Notes: generated by a model not told the origin, from the letters alone. A stretch of 64,000 nt of DNA from an uncultured virus (IMG/VR IMGVR_UViG_3300037419_003078) (IMGVR_UViG_3300037419_003078), one strand, 5' to 3'; numbered from the stretch's first letter, positions 20,566-29,834 are shown. Translations and numbers: made by a program.

Positions 20566-21732
20566 ATGACTGAATATCAAGTAGTATGGAGAGGCATTAT
20601 TCACGACAAGCAAGGTTACGCTAGAGCGAGTCGTGAGTACTTGCTTGCATTAGATAAAGCAGGAGTAGATATAAAACTTGAACCATTAAACTTTGGTACA
20701 GAATCTACTAAACTAATACCTGAGCAAGCTAGAAGATTAAGAGAATTAATCAATAAGCCATTAGCAACAGATAAGAAAAAGATTCTAGTGTATCACGCAC
20801 AGCCTTACGGTGTGGACGCAAGAAAAGAAAGAGAAAATGGTTTCGATAAGGTTATTATTAATACAGTATGGGAGACAACATCAATCCCTGAGAGTTGGTT
20901 TCCTGCTATCAATTATGCAGACGCAGTATTCGTACCTTCACAACAGAACATTCAAGCACTTAAAGATAGTGGTGTAACACCCCCTATATACTTAGTTCCT
21001 CATGGAGCAGAAGTAGATATGTTTAATCCTAACAATAAGCCATTCGTTGTAGATAAATCTCTTGATAATACATTCAACTTCTTATCTATCTTTCAATGGC
21101 AACATAGAAAAGGTCCTGACGTATTGCTAAAGGCTTATTGGAATGAGTTCACTAAGGACGACAATGTATCTCTTGTAGTCAAGTCATATTGGAATCCCAA
21201 TGTCAAAGGAAGCCAAAGAGTAGTCCGAGATAAGATTGCTCAATACAAGCATTATCTAGGATACGGAGATGACAGAGCACCAGTGTTCTATACTGGAAGT
21301 GACTTTGATGAAGAAGACCTAAGAGGATTATACACAATGTCAGATATATTCGTTTTGCCGACTAGAGGAGAAGGAGTAGGCTTACCATATATGGAGGCTA
21401 TGGCTAGTGGAATACCATGTATCGCAACAGGTTGGGGAGGTCAAACAGACTTCATCAATAGTGATAATGGTTTTATATTAGACTATAAGCTAGAAAGTAC
21501 TCACTATAAAATAGAGGAGGCTTTGGCTGACAATTACTTCCCCGGTTTTACACCTGAGATGAATTGGGCAGAGCCTAGTGTAGAACATCTTCAAAAACTT
21601 ATGAGATACGCATATGAAAATCAAGATGATGTTACTGAAAAAGGACTATTAGCTAGAGAGTCTATGAAATCTCAACAGTGGTCTATGATAGGCTTTGTGC
21701 TTAAAAACTTTATTGAAAAGGTTGTGTTGTGA
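20566..21732 (+). CDS. GT-B (GT4-like) glycosyltransferase
   Basis: GYA, WETT, HRKG, EGVGLPYMEAMASG. Confidence 0.92.
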   Translation: MTEYQVVWRGIIHDKQGYARASREYLLALDKAGVDIKLEPLNFGTESTKLIPEQARRLRELINKPLATDKKKILVYHAQPYGVDARKERENGFDKVIINTVWETTSIPESWFPAINYADAVFVPSQQNIQALKDSGVTPPIYLVPHGAEVDMFNPNNKPFVVDKSLDNTFNFLSIFQWQHRKGPDVLLKAYWNEFTKDDNVSLVVKSYWNPNVKGSQRVVRDKIAQYKHYLGYGDDRAPVFYTGSDFDEEDLRGLYTMSDIFVLPTRGEGVGLPYMEAMASGIPCIATGWGGQTDFINSDNGFILDYKLESTHYKIEEALADNYFPGFTPEMNWAEPSVEHLQKLMRYAYENQDDVTEKGLLARESMKSQQWSMIGFVLKNFIEKVVL

Positions 21733-22514
21733 TGTACGGTACATATATTGGAAATAATAAAATGTTTGTAACTCCTCAACTTGGTGGCAGAATATATACG
21801 ATGGCAGATGATTTAAGTCTTACACCTGACTTAGTTCATCTTGGCTATTTTGAACCATCGTTATCTAATTATATAAATAAGAATATTACGCAAGGTATGA
21901 ATGTAGTAGATGTAGGAGCAAACATTGGTTATTTTAGCGTACTATTAGGCTTTAAGGTTGGACCAAATGGAAAAATTACTGCTTATGAGCCTAATCTAAA
22001 AGCATACATTTTCTTAATGGATAACCTAGCTGTCAATGGACATACTAAGTTTTCTACTGTAAGAGAGTTTGGTGTCTACTCTGAAAAAGCACTGTTGTCC
22101 TTTAGTGTGTCAGATAGATTTCAAGGCAATAGTTCTATTAAGAAACATAGTGACCAATACATTGAGGATTTCAGGTCTGACACTCAATCTGCTACTACTA
22201 TTAGAACTGTCAAATTAGATGATGAAAATCTAGGATATGTTGACTTCATGAAGATTGATACAGAAGGTGGAGAATATCATGTGTTCTTAGGAATGGAAAA
22301 TATGTTAGCAAACAATCGAGTAGGAACAATTGTTTTCGAGTTAAACAAGAGTATGCTACAAGAAGACATATCACCATTCTACCATCTATTATTAGGCTAT
22401 GAGAAAGACTACAACTTCTACTTAATCAATTTAGATGGAGATTTAATTGAGATTAGTGTAGATGGAATTTTCCAACATGACTTTATTGAAAACATCGTTA
22501 TGAAGAAAGGTTGA
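21729..22514 (+). CDS. FkbM-family SAM methyltransferase
   Basis: VDVGANIGYFS, YEPN, KIDTEGGE. Confidence 0.92.
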   Translation: MMYGTYIGNNKMFVTPQLGGRIYTMADDLSLTPDLVHLGYFEPSLSNYINKNITQGMNVVDVGANIGYFSVLLGFKVGPNGKITAYEPNLKAYIFLMDNLAVNGHTKFSTVREFGVYSEKALLSFSVSDRFQGNSSIKKHSDQYIEDFRSDTQSATTIRTVKLDDENLGYVDFMKIDTEGGEYHVFLGMENMLANNRVGTIVFELNKSMLQEDISPFYHLLLGYEKDYNFYLINLDGDLIEISVDGIFQHDFIENIVMKKG

Positions 22515-23245
22515 TACCTATGAAAGCAATCGTTTTAAGTGGGGGCAAAGGAACAAGATTAATGCCCCTTACTAAAAACACCCCAAAACCAATGCTACCT
22601 TTGTATGGTACACCACACTTAGAATTTATTATTAGACTATTAAAGAAACATAATATAATTGATATTATATTTAGTACAGGATACTTGCACAGTAAGATAG
22701 TCGATTACTTTGGTGATGGAAGTGACTTTGGAGTAAATATTACTTACAAGGAAGATGGCGACATTCCATTAGGAACAGCAGGTGCTATTAAAAATTGTGA
22801 GGAATCTCTTGACAACAGTCCATTCCTAGTGTTTAATGGAGACATACTTACTGATATTGATTTAAGTAGTCTAATATTAAACCACAAAGAAGGAATAACA
22901 TTAGCACTAGCAGAAGTAAAAAATCCCCAACATTTCGGATTGGCTATATTAGATGAACAGAACAGAATATCCCATTTCATTGAAAAACCTTCTATTGATT
23001 TCTTGGTAGAAAATAAAGAGATACCAAAAGTTATCAATGCAGGAATTTATGTAATGGATAAGGAAGTCCTGAACGATATACCTAAGCAAGAGTTCTATAT
23101 GGTAGAAACCGATGTATTTCCTAAGTATGCTAATGACATGAAACTTCATGGACATATTAGTGACAGATATTGGATAGACATAGGAACTTTTGACCGGTAC
23201 GATATAGCTAACAAAGATATAAAATTTGGCTATTTCAGATTGTAA
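22511..23245 (+). CDS. NDP-sugar pyrophosphorylase (nucleotidyltransferase)
   Basis: LSGGKGTRLMPLT..PKPM, LGTAGA, NGD, EKP, WIDIG. Confidence 0.92.
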   Translation: MIPMKAIVLSGGKGTRLMPLTKNTPKPMLPLYGTPHLEFIIRLLKKHNIIDIIFSTGYLHSKIVDYFGDGSDFGVNITYKEDGDIPLGTAGAIKNCEESLDNSPFLVFNGDILTDIDLSSLILNHKEGITLALAEVKNPQHFGLAILDEQNRISHFIEKPSIDFLVENKEIPKVINAGIYVMDKEVLNDIPKQEFYMVETDVFPKYANDMKLHGHISDRYWIDIGTFDRYDIANKDIKFGYFRL

Positions 23246-23348
23246 AATCTTGGTAAAATCTTTTTTTAGATTCTTAGGTATAGGACAAACCGTGTTTGGA
23301 TATAATAATATTACAAATAATTAATTACAAATTTCTCCTTCGCTTGAC

Positions 23349-23377
23349 TTGACGTTGTAATATAAATATGTTACAAT
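23349..23377 (+). promoter_or_regulatory. sigmaA-type promoter overlapped by a 22-bp palindrome
   Basis: TTGACG-N17-TACAAT; TTGTAATATA-AA-TATGTTACAA at 23355-23376. Confidence 0.7.
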
Positions 23378-23437
23378 GCCTATAAGCCACAGGTGAAGGA
23401 GGAAACCAAACACACAAAAACCAAGGAGAGATGTAAA

Positions 23438-23803
23438 ATGTCGAATGTATCTAAAGAGAATTTAAGAAAAGTTGAGAATTATTTTGTTGAGCAAGTCCGT
23501 TCGTTAGGAAACAAACGTATCGAGGCAACTGTTGTTGAAATTGCAGATGGTTCAGGTGTTGCATTAGCAACAGCACACAAAGCAATTAAAGAGTTAGACC
23601 AACGTGGAAGAATAACAGTTATCAAGCCTTCATCTAGACGTTTCCCAATAACATATGTTTACCGTGGCGATATTCAAGGTTTCGAGGTTGCACAAAATAA
23701 AGACGAACAAATTGAGTTCTTAAAAAATAGAATTGCAGAATTAGAAGAACAACTTAAAAATAGTAAAAAACTTCCAAATGATAATATATTGCAAAATGTT
23801 TGA
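23438..23803 (+). CDS. winged HTH regulator with C-terminal coiled coil
   Basis: TVVEIADGSGVALATAHKAIKELDQRGRI; ATG 23438 behind AAGGAG. Confidence 0.8.
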   Translation: MSNVSKENLRKVENYFVEQVRSLGNKRIEATVVEIADGSGVALATAHKAIKELDQRGRITVIKPSSRRFPITYVYRGDIQGFEVAQNKDEQIEFLKNRIAELEEQLKNSKKLPNDNILQNV

Positions 23804-23827
23804 AAATAATATAAATTATAAAAAGAA

Positions 23828-23864
23828 GGAGTTGGTGGTTACACTACGCTGACTCCATTTTTTT
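23828..23864 (+). terminator. intrinsic terminator
   Basis: GGAGT..ACTCC hairpin + T-tract. Confidence 0.55.
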
Positions 23865-23899
23865 GTCAAAAATATTTGGAAAAGTTAGGTTGATTGTCC

Positions 23900-23928
23900 T
23901 TGACTTGGAAAAGAACTTATGTTATATT
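23900..23928 (+). promoter_or_regulatory. sigmaA-type promoter
   Basis: TTGACT-N17-TATATT with TG. Confidence 0.65.
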
Positions 23929-23985
23929 TATATTACAACAAGAACAGCACCTAGTTTAAAATAAAAAGTAGAGGGGTCGAGGCTC

Positions 23986-24195
23986 ATGAAGGCAACTAAG
24001 TCCTGTGAGAACGTAAAAGAAAGCAACAACACAAAGGTAGAGGCTCTAAACTGCATTGAACACTTATTGGTGCTAGATGAAATATCAGTTGACAAATACG
24101 AACTGTTACGGAAAGTAATTGAGATGTTTGATGAAGAAGACATAATCGTGCTTGGTGATGGTATCGCTATCAAACTTGTAGATGAAGAAAAATAG
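23986..24195 (+). CDS. hypothetical protein
   Basis: ORF downstream of promoter. Confidence 0.5.
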   Translation: MKATKSCENVKESNNTKVEALNCIEHLLVLDEISVDKYELLRKVIEMFDEEDIIVLGDGIAIKLVDEEK

Positions 24196-24222
24196 AATTA
24201 TAGATTAGGCAAGGAATTACCC

Positions 24223-24251
24223 TTGCTTTTTCTAGGGAAGTATGTTATAAT
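24223..24251 (+). promoter_or_regulatory. sigmaA-type promoter
   Basis: TTGCTT-N17-TATAAT with TG. Confidence 0.7.
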
Positions 24252-24280
24252 ATACATATAATACAAGAGGAGATGATTGT

Positions 24281-24541
24281 ATGAAAACGTTAGAAGATAT
24301 TCGCAATGAAATTTCAGGTTTAAAATATGGTAGAGAAGTAGAGAGTCATAGTATGGTGATTTTCTTCGGTGGTGAAGAAGAAAAAACATTTATCCTGTTT
24401 CAAAGTGAAGACAAGGAACGAGTAGTAAAAATAATGGAAGACAATAGTGACCTTGTTGAATATTTCACTATTAAAGAATTAGGCAAAACCTTCGCTTTTA
24501 AAGGTAGAGGAGAAACAGTGACTAAATATAGAAATATATAA
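24281..24541 (+). CDS. hypothetical protein
   Basis: RBS GAGGAG. Confidence 0.6.
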   Translation: MKTLEDIRNEISGLKYGREVESHSMVIFFGGEEEKTFILFQSEDKERVVKIMEDNSDLVEYFTIKELGKTFAFKGRGETVTKYRNI

Positions 24542-24636
24542 CACTAAGGGTTGACTCCTAATGTGAGGAGTGAGGTTGTGGTGTAGGAATGGGTGGGCTA
24601 TACCACGAAACTATACATAACGAGGAGAGATGTTTG

Positions 24637-24882
24637 ATGAATATTAATGCACCAAAACAAGAGGTAATTAACACGGAGGTACAAGAAGCAAATGGTCAAC
24701 CAATGACACCTGAGATTTACTTTGACGCTATCGACTCTTACAAAGACTTCATTAACAAAATGAAATTTAAATTAAAGGAACTTATTGATGAAGGAACTAT
24801 GTCAGAAGTAGTTGCTACTCGTATTCTTGACGAGTTCAGTTACAATGCTTTCCAACAAATCGTTAAAGTAAATTATCGCTAA
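24637..24882 (+). CDS. hypothetical protein
   Basis: ATG 24637 behind GAGGAG. Confidence 0.6.
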   Translation: MNINAPKQEVINTEVQEANGQPMTPEIYFDAIDSYKDFINKMKFKLKELIDEGTMSEVVATRILDEFSYNAFQQIVKVNYR

Positions 24883-24934
24883 TATATGGGGCTACATGCC
24901 CCTCACTATATTAGTAGAAGGAGAGGACACTTAA

Positions 24935-26095
24935 ATGAGCGACAATAAATATTTTGAAAATCTATGTTTTCGTTTAAAATTGCAAGGCTTGTCAGAAGAA
25001 GAAATAGCTAAAGAGACAGGTCTTTCTAAAGGACAGGTAGCAAAGAGGCTAGATGATTACAATAATCGTAATCCAGTATTCACTAAGACAAAAATAGAAT
25101 CAAGTCCTATTAATAGTGGTTCAATATCTACAAATTACTTTAATAATAGTTCTATTAATCCTTCCACTATACCTAGTAAAGTAATAGACCCTGATATGTT
25201 TAAGATTGACATAGAAAAGGTTTTAGGTGTAGAACAGTTTGAGGACACCCTAACAAAAGAAGAAGATTTCTTTACACTTCCTGATGGACGAGACAATTCT
25301 TTGTACCTATATAAGAACGCAGATAAACAGCGTGACCAAGTATCTAAATACATAAACGAAAAATATAAAGGTCAGAAAGTTAAAGTGTTGTATATGGCAG
25401 ACTTACATATTCCCTTTACTGTTTATGACTTAGTAAAACACATCATCACTGAACATAGTGACGCTGACATTCTCGTATTAAACGGTGACATACTTGACCT
25501 ATTCAATGTGTCTACATTCGCTAAGGATAAGACAGTAGCCCTTAAACGAGAACTACAAGAAGGTCGTGAGTTCCTAGAAATAGTATCAAGAATCTTCAAG
25601 GACGTTATCCTTGTAGAAGGAAATCATGAGAGACGATTACGAAACTACATTAAGAATGTAATTCCAGTAGACTTGCACTTCTTATTCCCACAAGATGTAT
25701 TAGAGGTTATCCAATCAGGTTCAGTATTTGGTTATGAACCATTAGAGAATGTACATGTGGTAGGCTCATGGTGGATTAAATTGTTTGACACAATCTATGC
25801 TCACCCTGACAACTATTCATCTGTGACTATGCGTACAGTAATTCAGACATCTGAACACTTTACATTAGTTAAGAATATTCCACATCGAGCAGTGGTTATT
25901 GGACACACACACCAAGCAGGAAAATTAATTGACCGAGGAAGAATGGTAATGGAAACAGGTTGTCTACAACATGATGTGGACTACAAACATGGCTCTAAAT
26001 TCATTAAGACTACATGGACTAAGGCTCATGCAGTACTATTCTATAATGAAGATGGAGAAGTATCATTTAACGATAGTCATGTAATTACATATTAA
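24935..26095 (+). CDS. calcineurin-like metallophosphoesterase with N-terminal HTH
   Basis: DLH, GDILD, GNHE, GHTH; N-terminal GLSEEEIAKETGLSKGQV. Confidence 0.85.
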   Translation: MSDNKYFENLCFRLKLQGLSEEEIAKETGLSKGQVAKRLDDYNNRNPVFTKTKIESSPINSGSISTNYFNNSSINPSTIPSKVIDPDMFKIDIEKVLGVEQFEDTLTKEEDFFTLPDGRDNSLYLYKNADKQRDQVSKYINEKYKGQKVKVLYMADLHIPFTVYDLVKHIITEHSDADILVLNGDILDLFNVSTFAKDKTVALKRELQEGREFLEIVSRIFKDVILVEGNHERRLRNYIKNVIPVDLHFLFPQDVLEVIQSGSVFGYEPLENVHVVGSWWIKLFDTIYAHPDNYSSVTMRTVIQTSEHFTLVKNIPHRAVVIGHTHQAGKLIDRGRMVMETGCLQHDVDYKHGSKFIKTTWTKAHAVLFYNEDGEVSFNDSHVITY

Positions 26096-26108
26096 TAGGA
26101 GGTAATAT

Positions 26109-26408
26109 ATGAAAAAAATGTTATCTGAATTAGCAAGCATTATGTTTATGCACTTACTCATTGTCCTAGCTTTAGGAGGAATCGCTTTATTCGTTTGGAA
26201 TAAAGGAATGGTTGCCTTATTGCCCAATATGACAGGAGAACTAGGTTATCTAAATGCTTTGGCAATTATGACAGGAATTTACCTTATTGATATGTTCGTT
26301 AAAAATTATATCAAGACAGTTGTCCGAGTAAAGAATCAAAAGAAAGCATTGTTAGAGTTTTACATTTATAAGGATTTACAAAATCAAAAGCAGAAAGAGG
26401 AGATGTAA
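26109..26408 (+). CDS. membrane protein
   Basis: two hydrophobic segments. Confidence 0.6.
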   Translation: MKKMLSELASIMFMHLLIVLALGGIALFVWNKGMVALLPNMTGELGYLNALAIMTGIYLIDMFVKNYIKTVVRVKNQKKALLEFYIYKDLQNQKQKEEM

Positions 26409-26409
26409 T

Positions 26410-26691
26410 ATGGAAGATTACAACCACATTTATGACGCTTTAACAGAATATCAAGAAGGATTAGTTGAGGAGTGTGTTGAAGAAGTTCAATTTATTCAAG
26501 CAGGAAAGAAAACTACAATAGCACTTGTTACATTAGTCAATGGCTTTGAACTTGTTGGAACATCTGCTTGTGTAGACCCTGTTAATTTTGACACACAGAT
26601 AGGAGAGGCATATGCGTTTGCTGACGCTATCTCAAAATTAGATGAATTACTTGGTTTCTACAGACAAATGGAAATGTATCACAATAATTAA
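26410..26691 (+). CDS. Gp49/Sf6 gp66-family protein (candidate Acb4-like nucleotide sponge)
   Basis: TT....L.NGF...G.SACVDP.NFD..IG..YA......L.GF signature. Confidence 0.75.
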   Translation: MEDYNHIYDALTEYQEGLVEECVEEVQFIQAGKKTTIALVTLVNGFELVGTSACVDPVNFDTQIGEAYAFADAISKLDELLGFYRQMEMYHNN

Positions 26692-26718
26692 GGACTCCTT
26701 TTTAGGAGTTCTTTTTTT
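26691..26718 (+). terminator. intrinsic terminator
   Basis: AGGACTCCT/AGGAGTTCT hairpin + T7. Confidence 0.7.
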
Positions 26719-26822
26719 ATTTTAAAAAAAATTTAAATTTTAGTTCTAAGACAAATTAGTACCTCAATATACTTTATCAAAGACGCAACAAAGTTAATAA
26801 GAATTAATAAGGAGGACACAAC

Positions 26823-27842
26823 ATGAGAGGCTTATACGGATTAGACCTAGGAAACGGAGATATTAAGGTGGTCTCAAACATAACAAAAACACCAATAGTA
26901 TTTCCTAGCGTGATTGGAAGACTAGTTGACTATAATTCTTTAGAGTTAGGTTCTAAGGATAAAATAGGAAACTTGTCAATCATGGTAGAAGGAGAAGAAT
27001 ATGCAGTAGGAAGAATGGCTTTAAAAAATAGCACAATTAGAAACCATGATGTCACAGATGATAAGTACCTATCAGAGTCTACAAAGTTACTAGCACACAC
27101 TGCTTTATCATTAACATCTGAGTTAGCATTTTCAGTAGGTGGAGTTGTAATAGGCTTGCCGATTCATAAAATGAATATAGCAAAAAAAGTAGCACAGGAA
27201 TACAAAGGACAGAAATTCGGAGTTAAATTAGGATACTTCGGAGATTATGAAATGAAGACTAAAATAGTAGCAATAGAGCAAGCGATTGTAGTAGCACAAC
27301 CACATGGAACTTTATTTAATCTAATATTAGACGATAACGGTCAACTAGAAAATAAAGAATTGGCAGGAAGTGGAGTAGCAATATTTGATATAGGATATAA
27401 AACAAATGACGGAATAGTATTTAAAAACCTAGACCCTGTTGGAAGATTAACTATTCACAGTAAAAGTGGTATGCACGTTGCCTATGAAGAAATAAGAGCA
27501 AAGATTAGTAGGAAGTTCAATGGATTAGAAATACAAACGTATGAAGTACCTGAGATTATCCGTACTGGAACTATTAAAGGATTGAACGTAAAGAACATTG
27601 TAAACGAGTCTTTCTACAACCTAGCAGTAAACATCATAAACGAAATTAAAACTCGTTGGGAGGACGCTTGGGAGGTGGAACACATCGTCTTCACAGGTGG
27701 AGGCTCTCAACTATTAAAACCGTATCTTTCACAAGTATTCACTGACGCTATATTTAGTAGTCAAACTTCAAATGCAGAAGGATTTCTAAAATACGCTAAT
27801 AGGTTGTGGGGTGCTAAGAATGATACTGTCGTTCAACGCTAG
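26823..27842 (+). CDS. parM: ParM/StbA-like actin ATPase (type II partition)
   Basis: GLDLGNGDIK, IGLP, QP, FDIGYKTND, FTGGGS, NAEGF. Confidence 0.88.
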   Translation: MRGLYGLDLGNGDIKVVSNITKTPIVFPSVIGRLVDYNSLELGSKDKIGNLSIMVEGEEYAVGRMALKNSTIRNHDVTDDKYLSESTKLLAHTALSLTSELAFSVGGVVIGLPIHKMNIAKKVAQEYKGQKFGVKLGYFGDYEMKTKIVAIEQAIVVAQPHGTLFNLILDDNGQLENKELAGSGVAIFDIGYKTNDGIVFKNLDPVGRLTIHSKSGMHVAYEEIRAKISRKFNGLEIQTYEVPEIIRTGTIKGLNVKNIVNESFYNLAVNIINEIKTRWEDAWEVEHIVFTGGGSQLLKPYLSQVFTDAIFSSQTSNAEGFLKYANRLWGAKNDTVVQR

Positions 27843-28104
27843 AGACACCCACCCTAGAGATAAGAAAGTAATAGATTGGTATAACCAACTATATCGCTCA
27901 GAAAAAAGTAGAAAAATTATAGATATATTATATGCACACATTACTGATAGTCAGCATACAATACAATATGAAGTAGGCGAAAGCCTAAAACAACCTAGAA
28001 AGGAGGAAGTGAAATTACAGATGGTAGACATATCAACTAGCGAACCTGATAGTGAACTAGACTTAAATAGTAAGTTAGATTTACTAGGAGGCGATTTTGA
28101 ATGA
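27811..28104 (+). CDS. putative ParR-like adaptor
   Basis: small gene overlapping the parM 3' end; beta-helix-helix N-terminus, acidic C-terminal tail. Confidence 0.55.
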   Translation: MLRMILSFNARDTHPRDKKVIDWYNQLYRSEKSRKIIDILYAHITDSQHTIQYEVGESLKQPRKEEVKLQMVDISTSEPDSELDLNSKLDLLGGDFE

Positions 28105-28274
28105 TAGGTAAGCAATCTGTTCAAAGAAGATGTGACAAGTGCATTAGAGCAACCATAGTCAACACAAATGATAGGTGTCAGTTGTTCTGCACAATGAGGA
28201 AAGAGACTGTTAGCAGATTCGACCAATGTAACAGATTCTTTTATGGAAAATTTGACAAGAGGTGGATAAAATGA
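28101..28274 (+). CDS. 57-aa Cys-rich protein (not in ORF track)
   Basis: MIGKQSVQRRCDKC...C...C...C; RBS AGGAGG; overlaps both neighbours by 4 nt (ATGA). Confidence 0.55.
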   Translation: MIGKQSVQRRCDKCIRATIVNTNDRCQLFCTMRKETVSRFDQCNRFFYGKFDKRWIK

Positions 28275-28789
28275 AAGTTAACGTAGGAAGTAGAAAGACA
28301 GGATACACTACACAAAATTATTTGGAGCATACCATGAAGCACTATCTTGATAATGTAGCAGATAAATATGAAGGAGAGTTCGTAGAAGAAAACAAGTCAT
28401 TCGCAAGAGACTTCTTGAAAGGAAAGAACTTAGCAAAGTATTCAAAATTAGCAGGAGCAGTCTTACTAGGTAGCATAGCTTTATTTGGATTGATGTCAGG
28501 TGAAGTATCTGCTAGTACAGTAGTAGCTAAAGCAGTTCATATAGACACATCTCCATTAGATAGATTCTTCAAAGAGATATATTGGACTATGTTTAAAGTA
28601 TTAATGTATATAGCAACACCTGTATGGGCATGGGTAGGTTATATCCTTGCAGTAGGTGGAGCGAATAACGAAAAGAGAACACAAGCTAAGAAAGTTGGTG
28701 CAGGGCTTGTCGTAGGTACTGCAATTACAGCCTCAGCACCTTGGGCTACTCGCCAACTGTTTAGACTTTGGAGTTTAGTATTCGCATAG
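28271..28789 (+). CDS. VirB2/TrbC-like pilin precursor
   Basis: signal-like segment ending VSA, then two TM helices joined by GGANNEKRTQAKK; T4SS context. Confidence 0.6.
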   Translation: MKVNVGSRKTGYTTQNYLEHTMKHYLDNVADKYEGEFVEENKSFARDFLKGKNLAKYSKLAGAVLLGSIALFGLMSGEVSASTVVAKAVHIDTSPLDRFFKEIYWTMFKVLMYIATPVWAWVGYILAVGGANNEKRTQAKKVGAGLVVGTAITASAPWATRQLFRLWSLVFA

Positions 28790-28800
28790 GAGGAGATAGC

Positions 28801-29370
28801 ATGGAGAATATTGATTACATTAAATATGAGATTGGTAGAGCGTATTGTGAGGATAATTTCTTAGGAGAAGAAGGAAGGTATGTTGCTAATGCTTTCAAAG
28901 TTATTAACCGTTGCACTAATATATTGTTTAATAATATACCATACGAAGTAGAATTTACTAAAGAAGACCCTTATGAGAGTGCTAAAGAAATGAGAGAGAA
29001 AGTTAAAGAGACTAAGCTAATCAAGATATATACAGAATTTGACGGACACCCATTCTTAAATGAAGAACAAAACTCTAAGTTTAGAGCAGTACATGATGTA
29101 TTTGCACATCTAGTATGTGGTTGTCCATTCACATTTGAAGGAGAATATACTGCCTACCTAGAACAAAGAAAGTACTATCCTAACTGGACTTGGAATGTAT
29201 TATTTGCTGAAATCCCTGCTCAAACGTGTGCTTACTATTATAGTAACAGTTTTGATTTTAAACAGAGAGCGATTGAAGCCCCTACTACTTGGTTAAATAT
29301 GTGTAAAGGCATTGAGCGTGATTATTCTCATAACAGTATTCTTAGCCCCCTATTATATAGTGTAGTTTAA
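28801..29370 (+). CDS. conserved hypothetical protein with FRAVHDxxAH putative metal-binding motif
   Basis: N..FRAVHDVFAH...F..EGE..A...E..AQ. Confidence 0.6.
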   Translation: MENIDYIKYEIGRAYCEDNFLGEEGRYVANAFKVINRCTNILFNNIPYEVEFTKEDPYESAKEMREKVKETKLIKIYTEFDGHPFLNEEQNSKFRAVHDVFAHLVCGCPFTFEGEYTAYLEQRKYYPNWTWNVLFAEIPAQTCAYYYSNSFDFKQRAIEAPTTWLNMCKGIERDYSHNSILSPLLYSVV

Positions 29371-29433
29371 AAAATCGCCACGCCACGCCATACTGTGTAG
29401 GGTTTCTTCGCCCCCCTACTTGGAGGTGATTAT

Positions 29434-29568
29434 ATGCGAATCCCAATCAAACTTATCGAAATGATTGCCAAACAAGGCTCTAAAGAACTTGACTTAGGTA
29501 ATCCACTGACTATTGACACTGTTAACTTCATTATTGAAATCGGCAAGGAAGTACTAAAACCTTGGTAA
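29434..29568 (+). CDS. 44-aa micro-protein (not in ORF track)
   Basis: RBS GGAGGTGA; MRIPIKLIEM...KPW. Confidence 0.55.
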   Translation: MRIPIKLIEMIAKQGSKELDLGNPLTIDTVNFIIEIGKEVLKPW

Positions 29569-29834
29569 AGGAGATGATTAAAATGGTTAAAGAATTAGCA
29601 GAAGTAGTTGCGTCTGTCGGAAAGAAAGCACTATATCACACAGGAGGTATGAAGTTCCCTGTAGTAGTTGAAAACGTAAAGGTTGCTTATGGTAAAGTCT
29701 ATTATTATATCTCAAACGGAGTAGGAGAAGGTAAGTGGACTACTGAGGACTGCCTAGAAGTAATGTCTAGTGAAAAGACTAAAGCGATATTTGGAACTAT
29801 CAAAGAAGTACTAAAAGAAGTGATACTGCCATGA
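29562..29834 (+). CDS. hypothetical protein
   Basis: RBS AAGGAG; start probably 29583. Confidence 0.55.
   Translation: MVKEMIKMVKELAEVVASVGKKALYHTGGMKFPVVVENVKVAYGKVYYYISNGVGEGKWTTEDCLEVMSSEKTKAIFGTIKEVLKEVILP

Noticed and set aside
26719..26822. parC centromere iterons
   Set aside because: Only a TTAATAAG dimer in very AT-rich DNA; insufficient for a call.
29371..29400. Sporulation sigma (SigE/SigK) promoter with CATACTGT, and a CGCCA x3 repeat
   Set aside because: No convincing -35; single short instance.
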